Assembly: GCF_037042905.1 (NCBI RefSeq)
Contig: NC_087245.1
Coordinates: forward strand, 11,286,001-11,350,000
Reading direction: 5' to 3'
DNA from: Lytechinus pictus
Lineage: Eukaryota
DNA: 64,000 bases
The notes beneath the pieces were generated by a model. It was not told where the DNA came from, did no database searches, and saw nothing but the letters and a program-made list of their open reading frames with translations. The position numbers were made by a program, and so were the translations under genes. Positions 48,501 to 62,000 of this stretch are shown here, piece after piece. Within the stretch, counting starts at the first letter, position 1; each line of letters starts with the position of its first letter.

Positions 48501-50756
48501 ACAAATTTCAAAGTTAAGCGGGTAGATGCACAATGTATATGCACAGATTTCCCTATGGCACTGACAATAATCCTCAATTTTTTTAGGGTTTTAAGTTCAA
48601 AGAAAAATTGTCTTGTAGGTTATTGTAATCCATGTTTATGAAAATAACTTATTCTTATGTTTCATTTGAAGAATCACAGGTAAAATCTTTTGTAATTTCT
48701 TAAAATGTTATTTTATCTTAATTTCAATGTAGCTTTTTTTATAATGCATCTTCTGTACACATCAGAGAATGATTTTGCTTTACAAATTTGAATAGCATTT
48801 TTGGTCATAAGAGAAAAGCTCTGAACTAAGTAATATGCAGTCCTGTAAAAATATGCTATACAAAAGACTTTATGTGTAGCAGTCTTTAAAAAATGTGGAG
48901 CAAATTGCGATGCGATACCAGGAAAATCATTCTCTGCACATTTACTGATTCAGACATTGGGCTCATATATTTAATAAATCTTGAATGGAATTGAATTGCA
49001 ATTAATGAATTGAATTTATGATTAAATAAAAATAACTTGGCTTATGATGGACATACACTGACACACACAATCATGTGCAACAATGATTGATTAGGACTTT
49101 ACTACTTTTCAACAGTATATTTCAGATCAGGCAATGGCATATACATTGAGAATCCATTCTAAAGTTACTCTTTGTTATCTATATTCTGAAGATCTCCCAT
49201 TCCAACTCTTGTATTATTCTATAATACAAAATGTTCCAGCATTTACATGCATTTTCTCTGTTGACTGAAAGAAGATAAATTTCCTTCAGTGATGAATCCC
49301 TACAGGGCAATTATATTTTTATTCTATTTTGTATGTTCGTATTTTAGTTTCTACTTTTTATCACCATATGTTTTTACAGACCGGTGGTAGAATATTGCTA
49401 TTACCTCAAAGAGTGATCATATAAGTAACTTGAACAGAAAAACAATTTGAATAATAGACATACTGGTATGGTGGTAGAATTATAGAAATTGGAATCAACT
49501 CCTGTTTTGAGCTCAGAAATTAATAGAAAATAGAAATTTTGCTGGTCCCTCATTTTTACATTATTTTGTTTAAACAAGGTAGGAGGAGCCTGTCCCTGAA
49601 ACGTAATCAACCGATTTTATATATGAGACTTGATTACTTGAACTTCATTTTCACTATCTGAATCATTCACACACAAAAAATGGTTAGACTGGAAGCAGTC
49701 TAATACTCTTTTTACACAGGATTTTCTTAGCCCCGGACTATCGCTAACCCCGTACTATTTTTTTTCCTTTTCACACATGCCAAATTGTTATTGCTAACCC
49801 CGAATAAGGAATGCTTGCTTTTCACACACAAAACTCGCTAACCCCGGACTAGTGGTAGCTCATGAATGTTCACGAGCGCACTGAGGGGTCATTCGGGTCA
49901 TATCCAAATTCGCGCGCGCTTTAAATACATTTGTCGATCATTCGTAGTACAAGTACTTCACTCGGAATTGTTTACCGGCTGTACGATAGACCTAATTACG
50001 TTATTTGCTTGATTCTCATCGCCGTGTTCGCTGTTCATGAATATTCATTATGCTTACCTCTGATTGGACAACAGGGCCGGCACTGTTGCGGGGGCATGAA
50101 TGGGAGCGCTTAGCCCACTTTCGTTTTACACTAGCGATCTTAACCCCGTACTATCGCTCTTAGCACCGCAATTGCTGGGATAACCCTGCTTTTTTGCAGG
50201 GCCAAATAATCCCGTACTAAAGGTGGGGTTAGCCCACTTTGCAAAAATGCTGTGTAAAAAGAAAGTGGGCTAAGCTTAACCCCGTACTATAGGTGGGGCT
50301 AAATGGCAATTTAGCCCCACCTATAGTACGGGGTTAAGGACATTTTAGCGTGTGTAAAAAGGGTATTAGTGTGCCCTTCAGAATCCCTCAATAGGCATAA
50401 GTTATTTTGGTTTGATCTATGTTTCATGTACTTCCATATTATCGGAAGACTATACATTTAGAACCCCAAACTAACAAAATTCAGTGAAATTCAGGGGTCA
50501 ATTGATCTACATATGAAATGGGTTGATTATTTTATGGAAATCCTAGTTGAGTTACATTTTGATCACTTAGCATTTTTTTATTTATTTGTATTTTTATCCG
50601 ATTTTCTTCTTTTGGTTCTCTTTTCTGTTTCAGGAACCAAGAAATGGCATTTCACATCCTCCAACCATGATGGATTTCAGCAACATTCCTCTCCCTCCCG
50701 CCCCCATCTACCCTGTCCTACCCCCAGAGGGCTCAGAGAAAGTGCCCCTTGAGTGA
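42257..50756 (+). CDS. MS4A/CD20-like four-transmembrane protein, paralog 2 (~249 aa; exons 42257-42577, 45268-45324, 45946-46062, 47522-47653, 50634-50756)
   Basis: All introns are GT-AG and phase 0. Spliced protein: ...KMTGLLQILCGSVSSVMGLLALV...DLPLWAGL|LYLFGGVFGVSTTKQQTFM|VGLYLVFSIVSSLSS...TCECSILQ|STHMLYDATAALVSCLELLVTCVAIYHCLLGLGCCSCCQGPIPR|EPRNG...PLPPAPIYPVLPPEGSEKVPLE*. Confidence 0.85.
43003..43831 (-). mobile_element. Dimeric GAAGAG/CTCTTC MITE, copy 2, nested in an older MITE (~42930-43918)
   Basis: ATAT|GAAGAG...CTCTTC|ATAT. Host element ends CCTACGGCGGCCGTACGG and GGCCGCTGTAGGGGAAATGTGACTGC. Confidence 0.8.
44150..44486 (+). pseudogene. 3' fragment of an L2/CR1-group LINE ORF2
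   Basis: FKRLKVLSVFDLYK...FMY...H.H.T......H.P..RT......I.YSGPKLWNSLP..LK.S.SL.SF, the typical C-terminal motif of this LINE group. Confidence 0.75.
45268..45324 (+). CDS. MS4A-like paralog 2, exon 2 (57 nt, TM2)
   Basis: Pyrimidine tract + aatag acceptor, LYLFGGVFGVSTTKQQTFM, donor GTAAAT. Confidence 0.85.
45673..45887. mobile_element. Merlin-like MITE with internal GGGTTAG-like repeats
   Basis: GGTGCCACAACATTTGCTCC...GAGCAAATGTCATGGAACT, 8-bp TSD TAATTATT. Confidence 0.6.
45946..46062 (+). CDS. MS4A-like paralog 2, exon 3 (TM3, loop)
   Basis: tatag acceptor, VGLYLVFSIV...CECSILQ, donor GTATGT. Confidence 0.85.
47522..47653 (+). CDS. MS4A-like paralog 2, exon 4 (TM4, Cys cluster)
   Basis: Long pyrimidine tract + ttcag acceptor, donor GTAAGT. 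Confidence 0.85.
49704..50365. mobile_element. PIF/Harbinger-like MITE with TAACCCCGTACTA subrepeats
   Basis: TAA|TACTCTTTTTACACA...TGTGTAAAAAGGGTA|TTA. Confidence 0.65.
50634..50756 (+). CDS. MS4A-like paralog 2, terminal exon (Pro-rich tail)
   Basis: tttcag acceptor, in-frame TGA at 50754-50756, AATAAA at about 51114 and 51904. Confidence 0.8.
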   Translation, partial: EPRNGISHPPTMMDFSNIPLPPAPIYPVLPPEGSEKVPLE

Positions 50757-51370
50757 GAAGGATGTTATGTAAAATGGGCCATCATACCACCACCCCTATG
50801 ATGAAGACTATAGGGGCGGGGTAAAACAGCTCATGGTTTAAATCAGGAAAGATGTGTAGAAGCTGTACTTAAGATTTCAAAGTTCAGTTTATCATACTAT
50901 TCTTTTGGGATCGCATAAATGAAGAGGATGTAATATGCTATTCTTCAGCTCCATACTTGCTTAGCACCAAAGTCGATGTGCTGTATAAGATTCATTAACA
51001 CTTTGTAATGAGTATATTGTGTTTATTTATGCTGGCACTTCTTAGTTAAACTATGTTTAATGAATGTGCATGCACTGTTGGTGCGGCAAGTTTGATCTCT
51101 GCATTCTTTTAGGAATAAATGGCAAGTGGCATTAGTCTTGGCCAAAGAAGTGGATGTATGAGGTCTTTTGCAGGAAGATGGAGGGCAGTTTGAGAATGCC
51201 GAATGAATAATCTTTAAAGTCTGATGTCATTGATTATTTGTTTATGGGGCTGGATATAAATTGACATGTAGACATGTAGAAAATGTATTCAAAATGGCAC
51301 AAACGATAATTCTATAATTCTGTGTTTGGATATTGCTTTATAAATCTTCCACAATGCTTCAAACAACCAG

Positions 51371-51654
51371 GGATCATTTCATGAAGGGTCTTGTCAGTTA
51401 TTTTTATTGACAAATATGATTTTAGTCAATCAAGGGCCCGTTTCATAAAGAGTTGCATCTGTTGTATCTTTGCCATTATGGCAACTACCCTGGCAACAGG
51501 GCTCAGCAGCCAATCAAAATCAAGGTTACATAGTAGTTGCCATAATGGCAAAGTTACAACAGTTGCAATTCTATATGAAACGGGCCCCAGGTTCAAGGAT
51601 TCAGTAGCCTATTTGCATCATCAGTGATGTTTTCTCCTTCATGAAATGCTAGCC
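51371..51654. mobile_element. Two nested PIF-like small MITEs (inner ~51434-51587)
   Basis: Outer: CATTTCATGAAGG...CCTTCATGAAATG. Inner: GGGCCCGTTTCATA...TATGAAACGGGCCC. Confidence 0.6.
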
Positions 51655-52454
51655 AGCTTTGTTATGATCATCTAAGATCACATCCCTGAGGCAACCTTTT
51701 CTTCCACAACAATTTTTCCAGAAATTTCCAATCTCATTGTGGCGATTTAATTCTTGACTTGTATTGTTTTTTTTTCTAATTTTTTATATTAAAAAAATTC
51801 TCAATCTGTGAGCTACAATGCCATTTTCAAGTGCTAAGGTCTTAAAGTCAATGTTGATAGTTTTAAGTGGCATTGAACTATTCTCTTCATCTTATAAGAT
51901 GTAAATAAAATGATTGAATATAATGCTCATGACTCTGAAATTTCATTTACGATGTCTTTTAGGACCCAATTTTTCAATGTAGTAAACTAAAATAAAAAGG
52001 AAAACAATCCCCTTCCGTGTTTTGGCCAGTTTAAATTTTGCAATTAGCTATTAATTAAAGTCAGACCATCATTCTTTGATTCACTATTTATCTGAATATA
52101 TTAAAATGCCTCAACACTACAAGTACATTATAGAAAATAACTTTTATCTGCACACTGCAAGCAACAAAGCTGAATAGATTTATAATGAATATGAAAAAAA
52201 ATAAATGTGCTAACAATTTCAAGAAATATGTGCTAACAATTTAAAGAAGCAATGGTTATAATTGAATCAATCTCATTGACACGTTGAAAAAACTTGGTTT
52301 ATTACTAAATTCATGTTAATCGTTCCTTTGCTTCTCACCACTCTGATAATTTGATAAAAGAAGTGTAACCCTACTTTTGTCTTTGAAAGACCTGAGCCTT
52401 GTATTATCAATCAACCTCTATCTCAATTGAGAGCCAGTGATACCATAGATCTAT

Positions 52455-55235
52455 TAGTCCAGGATAGGCCCCATAGACAAGGGGTCGAACCTTGTTTTTT
52501 TAGATATACAATGTTTTTTAATGGTTTCTTGTCAATTCGAGGGTGCTGATTCCGAATCTGAATGATGCCACTTTTGTAACCTTGAGCATTTTCCGCAAAT
52601 TGGCAAAATCCAATATGGCCGCCAAAATATGCAAACTACCCATGAAAATCATAAAATTGCCCACACATTAGCTATAAAATGCATGTAGTTGTTGTGCAGA
52701 AGTGAAATACCAATTGGAAAAGCGATATTTGACAAAATATATATTTCATTGATATTCAAAATGGCCGCCATAACCCCTGTATACTTTATTATGTAGAATA
52801 TGAATGGGGAAAAATATTTTTTCAACAAGAGCACTATTATTGCATGTGATTGTGACCTGCGAGTGGACTACTGTCTGAAAACATTACTATTAACAAAACT
52901 ATGCCATTTTTATACTATCTAATGTGATAAATGCTGTATTATGATATTCAAAATGGCTGTCATAGACCCCTTATACTGTGTACAATATATAAAAGGGGAC
53001 AAATAATTTTCACAACCTTTGAATTTGTTTGACTTTAAAATGCCAATAACTGCGAAATATTGGTGTAACACTGTCTGACAACAAGGATTTCTAACGAAAC
53101 ATATCATTTCTCTTGCAATTTCGGTAATTATGCTGCATGTTGACATTCAAAATGGCTGCCATAGGCCCTATCTGTATTATGAACAAAGCGAATGAAGAAA
53201 CTAATTTTCACAAGAGTAAAAACAATAAAATGAATGTAATTGTAATCTACGAGTGAAATATTGTCTAAAAACATGTTTTCTGGCGAAACATATCATTTCC
53301 TTTTTCATGCATGAGATAAATGCTGTATTGTAAAATTCAAAATGGCCCATATGGGCCCTTACAGTATTATCTACAATGTAAATGGGATAAATATTTTTGA
53401 AAGAATTAGGATTTGCCTGACTATGAAATCCATATAATTCTGTTGTATAAGGAAAATATTGTTTGAAAACGTGATTTTTTAAATGAAATATAACATTTCC
53501 TCTCCCATGTAGGTGATAAATACTGTATTTTGACTTTCAAAGCGGCTGCACAAGCCCCTACAAATTATGTAACATGCGTATAGGGAAACTAATCATCACC
53601 AGAATGAGAACCAAAAACGCACGTAACTATGTGATGTATAGGTAAAATTTGGTCTTGAACATGATTTCTGACTAAATACATAATGGTTGAGAAGGTAATA
53701 AAGGCCTTACTTTGAAATTCAAAATTGCTGCCATAGCCCAAAGTAGTATGTACATTGTAACTGGGGATAGATAATTTTGACAAAATTTTTACTATGAAAA
53801 TGGCTTAATTTTGATGTAAGTGTTAAGTATTGTCTAAACCCAATGATTTCTAACGAAATATATCATAGCTTGTGTCATAAAGGTGATGAATGCAGCCTTT
53901 TAAAAATGAAAAATGGCCGCCATAGTCCCTTATCTTAATATATAATAAAATTTGAATGGGGAAAGATAATTTCCATAAAGAAACATATTGCAGCCATTTT
54001 GAAATTTAAATATAGCATTTATCACCTAAATAACATAAGAAATGATCTATTTGGTTAGAAATCATATTTTCAGACGATATATCACTTATACATGCAACAC
54101 CATTTAGTCAAGCAAAGCCAAATTATGTTAAAATTATATGTTCCCATTCACAAAGTACATAATAGGCCTACCGCTAGAGCCTGTAGCGGCCATTTTGACT
54201 TTCAAAATACATTATTTATCACCTACCTGGCAGAATGAATGATATATCTTGTTAGAAATTATGTTTTCAAACAATATTTTACTCTTAAATCACAATTATA
54301 TGCATGTTATGGTGCTGACTCCTGTGAAAATTGGTTTCCCAGATCGATTGTACATAATACAGTCAATGTCTTTTGGCGGCCATTTTGAAAGTCAAAATAC
54401 AATCTTTAACACAAATATGAAACCCGAATAATATATTTCGTTGCAAATTATATTTGAAGACAGTATTCCACTAATTTACCACAAAAAATACGTTTTAGTG
54501 CTCACCTTGTGATTGTTTTTGTCCTCTCTCACATCGTAGATCATAATTTTAGGGCCTTCGGCGGCCATATTAAATATCAAAATACAGGGTTTATCATATA
54601 CATGGCATGTTAAATAATACATTTCGTTAACAATAATGTTTTTAGTCAGTATTCCACTCGTTTATCTTCACAAATTGCATTTTAGTGCTCACTCTTGTGA
54701 TTTTTTTGTGTCACCATTCACATTGTACATAATAGTTTTAGGGCTTTTGGAGGCCATTTTGAATATCAAAATACAGGATTTATCACATAACTGACATAAC
54801 AAATGATATATATCGTTAGCAATCATGTTTTCAGACATTGCTTCACTCATAGATCATAATTACTTGCATTTCAGTGCTCAATTTTGTAAAAAAAAATATT
54901 TTCCCCATTCATATTGTACAGGGGTCTATGATGGCGGCCATTTTGATATCAGGAAAATAAATATTTTGACAAAAATCATTTTTTAAGATATTATTTCACT
55001 CCGGCAGCACAATTGCTTGTACTTTATAGCCAATGTGTGGACAATTTTATGATTTTCATGGGTAATTTGAATATTTTGGCGGCCATATTGGATTTTGCCA
55101 ATTTGCAGAAAATGCTCAAGTTTACACGAGTGGCATCATTCAGATTCGGAATCAGCACCCTCGAATTGACAAGAAACCATAAAAAAACATTGTATATATA
55201 AAAAAACAAGGTTCGACCCCTTCTATCCTGGACTA
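52455..55235. mobile_element. Non-autonomous foldback DNA transposon (Academ-like TAG termini) with inverted ~190-bp internal arrays
   Basis: TAT|TAGTCCAGGATAG...CTATCCTGGACTA|TAT (3-bp TSD), with TIR homology over more than 300 bp. The superfamily assignment is tentative. Confidence 0.8.
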
Positions 55236-58200
55236 TATGTATAGAGTGAAGTACTCTCCAATTGTAATGCATTATTGATTTGACCAATGTTCATACATCT
55301 TTAACGACATTATGGTGGTACTGGCTTTCCATACTCCCATCGCAACTCTTTGTAAGACATCTCACTGCACCGTGCAATCAATGCAAACTTGCAAGCTCAT
55401 GAATATAGATTTGAAATGATTCTGTCAGATGTATGGATGTAATGTAATATCTTGCAAGTTTGTGTGCACTATTAAATGTGCATAGATCTATAAAAACAAT
55501 ACAAGATCATTAAATGGTGTTGTGTTCATGGCTCATGCATATGAGTCATTCCAAATAAGTGAAAACACTTAACGGCATGGCATGTCATGAAAATATCAAT
55601 ATGTTTAATACATCTAATAAGTTATACTATTTGTATTATGTAATGGGTTCTTGAAATGTATACCTACAACGACTACACATACAGTCTGTATTCCATTCCT
55701 TTTTTATACTTTTGATATGACATCTCATGAGAGTTTTTTACAGGTATCTGCTTTTCAGGGCTGGTAATTATTTCAATTCTGTTTCTCATATTTGCTTGAT
55801 ATTGTTCGCTTACTTTGAAAAGGTTATACAGATCAGGGAGAATGATTGTGACATCACAGTGGCAGATGAAGAACTATAGGCAATATTACACATAAATACT
55901 GCAAATTCACTTCAGACTGCTAAGTTCAAAGTGTTTACATGTAATCTATACCTGCTGATCAGCATTTTGATGTCAGCTTGGAAGGTGCTTTAGTCAAATT
56001 CTTTAATTGAATTTCAATATCAAATTGACTCGTTATTGTTCCCAAGTAAAAAGTAACAAACTAAATTTGTCTTTAGTCTAGGTAATTTTTCTTTGTTGGG
56101 CTCTTAAATGCTGGGGAAAGTTACCCTTACACCAAGTTTGTTTTTATGATATTACAGACAGTACAAACAAAAGAAACAATTTTGTGTACTTATCAGCGAG
56201 TTCCCAAAGAAAGGAAAAGTGAGATTTTTGCATTTATCATTCATGAAATAAGTTAATAGCAAGACTGTAAAGGGCAAATATCTTGGAAGGTCCTCCCCAA
56301 TTAAAAACTCAGACACTTAAATTACTTTAGGATGCGAAGGATATGTATTAAGGCTTCAACCAGGCCGAGTTCAAACACATAGTTTCAATGATTATATTTA
56401 GAATTCATGGATCATTGTATCGGGTGTATACCAGTTGGGAAAAATACAGAGGGCATATGGTAATTTGTACTAAAATATTAAAATAAATTGCAAAAATAAA
56501 TCCTGTAAATTGTGGATGGATTGTATAAAAATTACACAATTTCATTTGAAATGGTCTTCAGTGGCAAATGTTGTTACCTGTAAACTTCATTCAACAATCC
56601 AGTACTTTTTCCTAATGGTTTTTCAGTGACCCCATTTTGCTCCTTCTACTAAATAGACATTATGTTGTGGTGGACTTTGGGTCAATCAGTAGAGAAAATG
56701 TATAAAAATTTATTTTCAACATGTGTTTCAATATGGTACCAGGATTATTTTCTGTTTTCTATATTTAGTTCCATTTTTGTTTACTTTGTTTGGGTATTAC
56801 TGTTAGTATTACTTTTGATATTCAGTTTGTTTTTACTTTTATACATTTTTGTAATTAATTTTATTTTAAGTGCAATTTCATATGTTGGACAAATTGTTTC
56901 TGTTTGTATATATAGGTTGCAAGTCAATTGTAGAGTAAGTAACATATAATTGTTATTACAATTGATTTGATTAAAATTGGCAGCTCCATTGACAGACAAG
57001 ACAGAGTTTCAAATCCAAATTTACGCACATTGAATTGTGAATAGCAATTCTGTTTGTGAACTTCTGCTGTATTTCTTTTTGCTATGAACCAGCCAATACA
57101 TAAAAACTTTGTTTTGAAATTAAATTTTCACAAAAATAATCAATGACGGTTTGAGAGGGAGAAGATTTGCAATTCTTTAAGCAAGTTTTGAAAAATTCCT
57201 CTCTTTTTTTTTTTTAACAGAATATAGGGATGTTTACAATATTGAGTGTAGGCATATTTTGGGGTGCTACAATTTCTGGATTACTGTTATGTTTAGTTCT
57301 TTCACATTTTATCTTGCCAATATATCGTCTCAAAGGCTCACATGCTATTATTATATTCCATAACATTCTTTTTGGTCGTCTAACTTTCCATCATTTTTTG
57401 TACATCGATCCTATGATAAATATACCATTGTGTTAGGAAATAAATTGTGTGGTACATTAAGGGTTAGATTGCTTCAATCGAATAGAATGAAGTTATATTG
57501 TTATGTTCAGGTTATATATTATTTTTCAAATTCATCAATTTTGCCAAAAAGACAGGGTAGTCTAGTGTGCTTTTTTTCAAATAACATTAACATTTAATAG
57601 ATGTCTTTATTTACAAATTCTGGGTACACACTTTATTTTTTTCCAAACCACAGTACCAGTATCTAATTTATCACAAATTGAACTTTTATAAACCAAAAAT
57701 GTAAGTGTAATTTGTAAACATGATATAAAAGGTGGTGTCATTAAATCAAAGTGGTGTTACTTTTAACTGATTTTAGCAGATTATCTTTGTAGGAGTGTTT
57801 TCATACTAATTGACCAACTTCTACAAGGATAATTGACTAATTTGCCTTTTAATTAATGTGTTTGTTCGCTTCACTTGTACATGACTTTACATATAAATAT
57901 CATTTTACACAGGAATTAATAAGTAGCAATATTTCTCTTTCAGATATTTTGCTAAAATTTGTATTTGTAAGTTATGCCATTTTGATTTATGGGAATTGGC
58001 TTTTGTGTTTTTTCAGATTTTTTTCTTCATGCCTTATTGTACTTTATAAGTGTATAATCATAATTATTGTACTGCTATTTTATACATGACTGTTATTGAT
58101 AAAAGTAATTTCCCTCATGATGGAGTTGTGCTAGTATACCAATGATATAAACATAAGTTTGTAATGTAACTTGGAATAGTTTTGGGGTATCTGAAAGTTC

Positions 58201-58835
58201 TGAAATATTAAAATTCATGTGAAGGTATTAATATGTTTACTTAATGATATTTGGAAAATGCTAATAGCGTTTAATAATAGGACACAAAAATTAATATGCC
58301 CGGTGTTCCATTATTAAGACAAAATCCTGTTTCACATTATTTTCTATGTCAATGCCAGTGGTTATTGACCTGTTTACAAAGTTATTCAAATTTATGCATG
58401 TTTCTTGTCACAGAACATATTTGCATGGTATATTATAAAGTTGCAACTTTGGTAGCTCTGTCTGTGAAGTGGTTGGGTATTAATGATTCTATGTATTGGA
58501 ATAGTAACAATTTGAGTTGTATAATATGCTGTTACTAGAGAATTCACATTCTTCCTATTGAAATGCAATTGAATTGTTTAAAGGTCAACAGAGGGGTGTT
58601 GAAACAAATTAAATATGTCTACATTTACATGACAAAATCACCTTTTCCACAAGTCCTCCAAGCACATCCAATTTTTTTTTCTTTTTGAAAGAAACAATGA
58701 AAAGCATGAATGGCTATAATTTCAAACATTGGTTATTGTATTGATTTATCTCTCACTCCAATGTCATTTTGTACTGAATCTTAACAAAAATGCAAGAGAA
58801 TGTTCATATTCCAAGCTGTTGGTCAAATGTCCCTG

Positions 58836-59007
58836 GTGGGTGTTTCATAAAGCTGTTCGTAAGTTAAGAGCGACTGTAAGAACGACTGGTGATCCTTTCT
58901 TGTGGAATATTATATATTCATTGGCGATGGTTTAAGCGCGTAAGAAAGGTTTACCAGTCATTCTTAAAGTCGCTCTTAACTTAGGAACAGCTTTATAAAA
59001 CGGCCCC
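58836..59007. mobile_element. PIF-like palindromic MITE
   Basis: GTTTCATAAAGCTGTTCGTAAGTTAAGAGCGACT / AGTCGCTCTTAACTTAGGAACAGCTTTATAAAAC. Confidence 0.7.
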
Positions 59008-62000
59008 CAGGTCTTTAAATTAAACCCTAGTGAAATAGACTGGTGACTTGATCCAAAAATTTTATCAAATTTCTATAAGTCTGAAACAGTAATGACATTG
59101 TTGTAAGGCTTAGATAAGAATTAGTAGGTCTGTCAGGTCATCAGTTGTTTGTTGTGTTTACAATTCACTTTAATCCATATGGTACACCCTTTTCAAAAGA
59201 CATTTATTTACACCTTGAACCAGCATTACTGTTCTGTAAGGTTTGTATCACAGTAGGGAATCTAAGAATCTATGACCCCCCCAATATGATTATTAATGCT
59301 AAATACTTATTTATTTGTTTGCCACATTATTTATGAATAATATCAGTTGTAAGATTGTTTCTTAACAGGCTTTTTCCTGATAACCTGTTTGTTTCTTTTA
59401 TATGTATTGTTTGTTTTTTTCAAAAGAAAGAATTATCAATCATACTCGCTGGGTGAGAAAAAACTTTAAATTTTGAGATAAGTGAAAGAAATATGCCTCC
59501 ATGCACCATATTGGTCACTTGATTCTGAGGCAAACATTGGTGTAGCTGAATTCAGACTCAGCAGTATTCTTGGAAATTCTTTAGCAGGTAAAACACTCAG
59601 GGTTTATGAATAACTAGTTCTGATGTAGATTTGGTTTGCAACTGTCAAACCTGACAGTTTATTATATGTTATCAAAGTTAGGATGGGAATGTTACAGTGA
59701 TCATCCAAAAATACATTCTGGGTTTGGACTTTGGATAGGACATCAAAATAATTTTCCCAAAACTTATAGATGCAAAGTCTTGTCACCCCAACAGGCAAAT
59801 TTTAATTGTGCTGGTATCATAACCTTGACATACCAAGTTTCAATTTTATCTGAATAAAATGTTTAAATGAGGCTTAAAAACTGGTTGTGATTAATCCATC
59901 AGTTTATTTGGTTGTACTTTACAGTTACTATATATATACTTTTGTGCTCTCTGCAAAATTCTTTAAAAGTTTTTGCACTTTTTTTAACAAACTTTTTTGT
60001 TTCACCTTGAATGACCTTAGTATTAATGAAATACTGTAGGGAAACTGTGAATGATGAACTAACTCTTTAAGGGATATATTTTCACAGATGACTATACTAT
60101 TGTGAATGCTTATAGGTTGCATGTAAAACAGATCGTGTATTATCTGAAAAGAAAACCTTGGGCTCAATGTTCACATTATTTATTTAGAATAATTTTGTTT
60201 GTTCAAGAACTTGTCATGTTATTAAGGCAGAATAAAGTTTTGGCTCTTGCCAAGTTTTGTAACCAAAGTTTACTTTTGTAAAAGAAGTATACTCTGTTAT
60301 TATTTTCATAGTTCATGACTTGAATGGGGGGGGGTAGTCCTGTATATATAAGGGTTTCTTAACATCAAATTTTGGTGGGCTTTAGTTTCTACTTATTACT
60401 GATGACTTTGGTTTAATCATGGAGTGAAGTATGGAGATCACAAAAAGGAAGAAGAGTGTGTAGGTAGAAAGAGGATGGAAAGGAGAGTGAGAGACAGGTG
60501 AGAAGAGAAGAACTATTAGGGAAGTTGATGGCTAATGCCATGTTTAAGTGTTCAAAATCTTTCATAACTAAAGTAGAGCTTGGAAATGGTATAAGAAAAT
60601 GTTTTAATAGGAGATATAAGGATTGAAAGGGTTGGACATGAACAAATGTTTTGAGACTGTCCAAAGGTGGAGGGGGTGGTCCAAAGTGATTTACAATAAT
60701 GTACCTTTAGGACTGCGCTAAGAAAGGGCACATTTGCCTCTAAATAAATTTTACTCTTTTTCAAGTAGGTCCTTCCTGAAATTCAAAGTCAAAATCCACT
60801 CAACTAGACTGCCATTTTATTTTTCTCTGCTGCCATCTATTGTCAAGTTTCGTTCCAGAGTAACCCATATCTCACTCAAAACTTATTAGCAAATTTATTT
60901 GGAAATCTCAGAAAAGAACTAAGAACTATCAATAAGCCCTTGTCCCATACTTCATTTCTCTTTTAATATCTTGGTTTTTCACATTTTTGTTTGGTTTCCA
61001 TCTGGCCAACAAACCTCTCTCTTGGTCATCATTATATGAACTTGCGTTTATACAATTCCCTCTCTCTTCCTATTCTCTCATGTTCTATAGATCTCTCCTA
61101 CCAATGTATATACTCTCTCTCTCTACACACACATCCAGTCTTAACTCGGTGAATTATTCTCACCTCTTGTTTGTCTATTTCTTACTTTATTACGATTCTT
61201 CTTTGTAGACATGCATAAATCTTTTCCCTGTCCCCTCTCTCTATATCTCGTCATTCTCTTCTTTCCTCATCTCCATTTCCTCTTCTCTCTTCCCCTTCCC
61301 ATTTCTTCCTCTTTGTCACTTTCTTAAATCAAACAAAGCAAAAACAGAGACAAAGTGCTATTTCCTGAAAAGAAGTATATTTGGTGGGTCAATTTCTTTT
61401 CTCTCTCGCTAAATGTCACAAATTCTTGGTTCGCTAACTTAGATGGAATAAATTGTTGACTACCGGTACATGATTTATTAACGAATCATTCACATTCACA
61501 GTAAATGTGTCCTTTTATTTATTTTTATTTTTTGCCTTAAACATCATGCACTTATGACAATCTTAAAGCTCAACCATTATATTTCCATGAAAATTTTTGT
61601 CAACAAACTAAATTCTTTATTTCAGTTTAGATCTAAAATCCATATTTTCTTTAATACCTGTGTCACTGCTTTTATGATTGTATAAGATAACCAAAGTACA
61701 GGTATCAGAAATTGCATATTATTCTAAATGGCTCTGGAGCTGAAACCAGCTGAAGTGTTTGTAGCAACTAATGAAAATATGTACTCATTTGTACAAAAAT
61801 GTAAGCAAACATTCAGTGATTCCATCATCCTGGTCTAATTTAAATGAACTATGTACCAAAAAAAGATGGATGAAACTTCAAAGAATAAAGTCACTAAATA
61901 GCATCACAGGAGAACAAGAAATCAAGGAATTTCTTTGGTCACAAGATTGAATTGTGAAAGAAGCTTGAACTTGAACTCTATCTTATGGAGAGTAAAATGC

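Noticed and set aside
57221..57436. Hydrophobic ORF after a strong acceptor as an exon of a third membrane protein
   Set aside because: No MS4A motifs, no clear donor or partner exons, and T-rich DNA yields hydrophobic ORFs by chance.
60413..60764. Very degenerate LINE 3' end on the minus strand
   Set aside because: Only a faint LW.../LKT resemblance across frames, which is insufficient without alignment.
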